Shown piece by piece: positions 62,301-64,000 of a DNA stretch of 64,000 nt (its first letter is position 1; the number at the start of each line of letters is the position of its first letter). Source of the stretch: Phoronis australis (lineage: Eukaryota > Animalia > Phoronida); the NCBI GenBank assembly GCA_002633005.1, contig NMRA01000771.1, positions 1-64,000 of the forward strand, given 5' to 3'. The notes beneath the pieces were generated by a model that was given only the letters and a program-made list of their open reading frames with translations, had not been told where the DNA came from and ran no database searches. Position numbers and translations under genes: made by a program.

Positions 62301-64000
62301 CATTTGGCTTGCAACATCCTTCTACTAGACCTCCATTCCACAGTTAACACTGTTGCCTCCCACATAACTCTAAGGAGTCTCCATAATCTTAACCACAATT
62401 AAGAAGTTAATTAGTAACTCTTGTACACCATATATGAAATCCCCGCTTGGTTCGGTACTGATTTTAAACATGCTGAGAACAGCATCCACTTACAGCTCTT
62501 ACAGATTCTTACAGCCAAAACTCTTCAACAGGTGGTACTAGCTTATCCCCAGTCAAACTGACCCAAGGTTTTGCTTCCTTGTTTATTGTAGTGTTTCCAG
62601 TAAAAGAACATCCACATCAATGTTTAGAAGGGGAGTGTGCTGCACTAAAGTTTCCACTAAAACAAACTACTGATTCCCAATACCAGCTTTCCTGTTATTA
62701 AGGCACAAGAAAAACATAACACTGTTATACTATTTTTTAGAATTTTTGTCACATGGCTCCAGTGATGGATTATGCCAACATAGTGAAATAGAAGTCAACC
62801 TCTACGCAGGCTTTGGAGTTTCAATCAAATCTTAACTCAGTGAGTTTTAACATTCATTTCCAATAATAAACTTGTTACCTCTCAGTGTTCCTACCAGGAT
62901 TAAAGTAAAGTGCAGAGGAAATGATGAAATACAGTCAAATGTACTGTTGAAGGTAAGTCCCAGAGGAGACCACTATGTTTTTTGATAATTATTTGTGAAT
63001 AACTAAAAGCATAGGAAACAATTTTTATAAAAATGCCAGCTTAGACTGAAGTTTGCCTTAGACTGAAGAATGTGTCTATAGTGATTCAATATTTTACAGG
63101 TTAAGACTTAAAAGCACTGTAGTCTTAATTAACATGATGATCAATCAAACATTAAACATGGTGCCTCAAACTTTGAGCTGGGTGATCAAATTCAAGCATG
63201 ACTATTACTTTGAGCGTAGAGGCCCACTACACTCAAAAAGCCTGATGAGGACAAATTGTTACTTACCCCAGAGTTCATAAACATAAAATGGCCTCTGTCT
63301 TAAATATGAATTACTGCTACAAAGTCAAAACCTTGCACAACAATTTATGAAAAATTCAATTGTAAATGAAAAAACTTCAGAAAGTAATTGCGTCAGAACC
63401 ATTATCCAAAAGTAAAAGTGCTATTGGGCAAAGATTTATTCAACAAGATGACTTGGAAACAAAGAATTTCAGTTTCTCTACAATTTGGCCAATGAGATGA
63501 GAAATCAATTCTGTTGAATCACTACAAGCAATTGTTATGTAACAGAAAACAGAATAGAATGAGTTTCTAAGGCACTGCCCTTTTGGCCAATAATTTAACA
63601 TTAAAACACTGTACTGTTGTGATTCGCCGATTATTTCGAACCAATGTCCAACTACAGCCTCTATCCTGGCTGCGGCCGTGACCCATAACTATTTGGGTGA
63701 CATCTAAATCCCATTTTCTACTATTGTGCATTGACATATATGTGGATAGCATACATTCCCACAAAATCTTGAACAAGAGTAGACTGATGGAAACTTTCTG
63801 CAATCACATTCAGTATCTCAGTCACAATTTGATGGTGAGGCTCATACTCAATATGTGCCTGACAACTACGTTCTTAGCAATGGCATACACAATACAATTT
63901 TTCTCCATCAAAACACTTACACTTTAGAGAAACCTTCATTAAATCTCCATTTCTGCAATGGAATGAAGCACGATTCCTCAAAATGGGATGAGCACATCGC

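Noticed and set aside
57118-63270. GTAAGT donor matches on the minus strand (about 57120, 58432, 63261) as Src 5' UTR exons
   Set aside because: Isolated hexamer matches are expected by chance and cannot be supported without transcripts.

Overview
AT-rich, intron- and transposon-rich animal genomic DNA, probably from an invertebrate; the taxon cannot be fixed from this window. The main gene is a Src-family tyrosine kinase on the minus strand. Its coding exons run from 49873 to 17645 and splice in phase into a 528-aa SH4-SH3-SH2-kinase protein. The gene has two complete, equal-length (203 nt coding), about 55%-identical alternative last exons. Each supplies its own end of the kinase C-lobe and its own inhibitory-tail tyrosine. 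Between them lies a Helentron-type repeat array carrying about 24 co-oriented CTCF-like motifs. Bases 1-12.4 kb are a 10-bp GC-rich satellite interrupted by a near full-length CR1/L2-group LINE, whose intact ORF2 has a 2A-like (DVEENPG|P) ribosome-skip motif before the endonuclease. A decayed second copy of this LINE sits in a Src intron. The rest is nested TE debris: Penelope fragments with inverted pLTRs and hammerhead-like motifs, HINE/DINE-1-like elements, pogo-, hAT-, ISL2EU- and Harbinger-like elements, and L1/Tx1, L2, HERO-like and RTE-like relics. Most short ORFs in the supplied track are artefacts of repeats.
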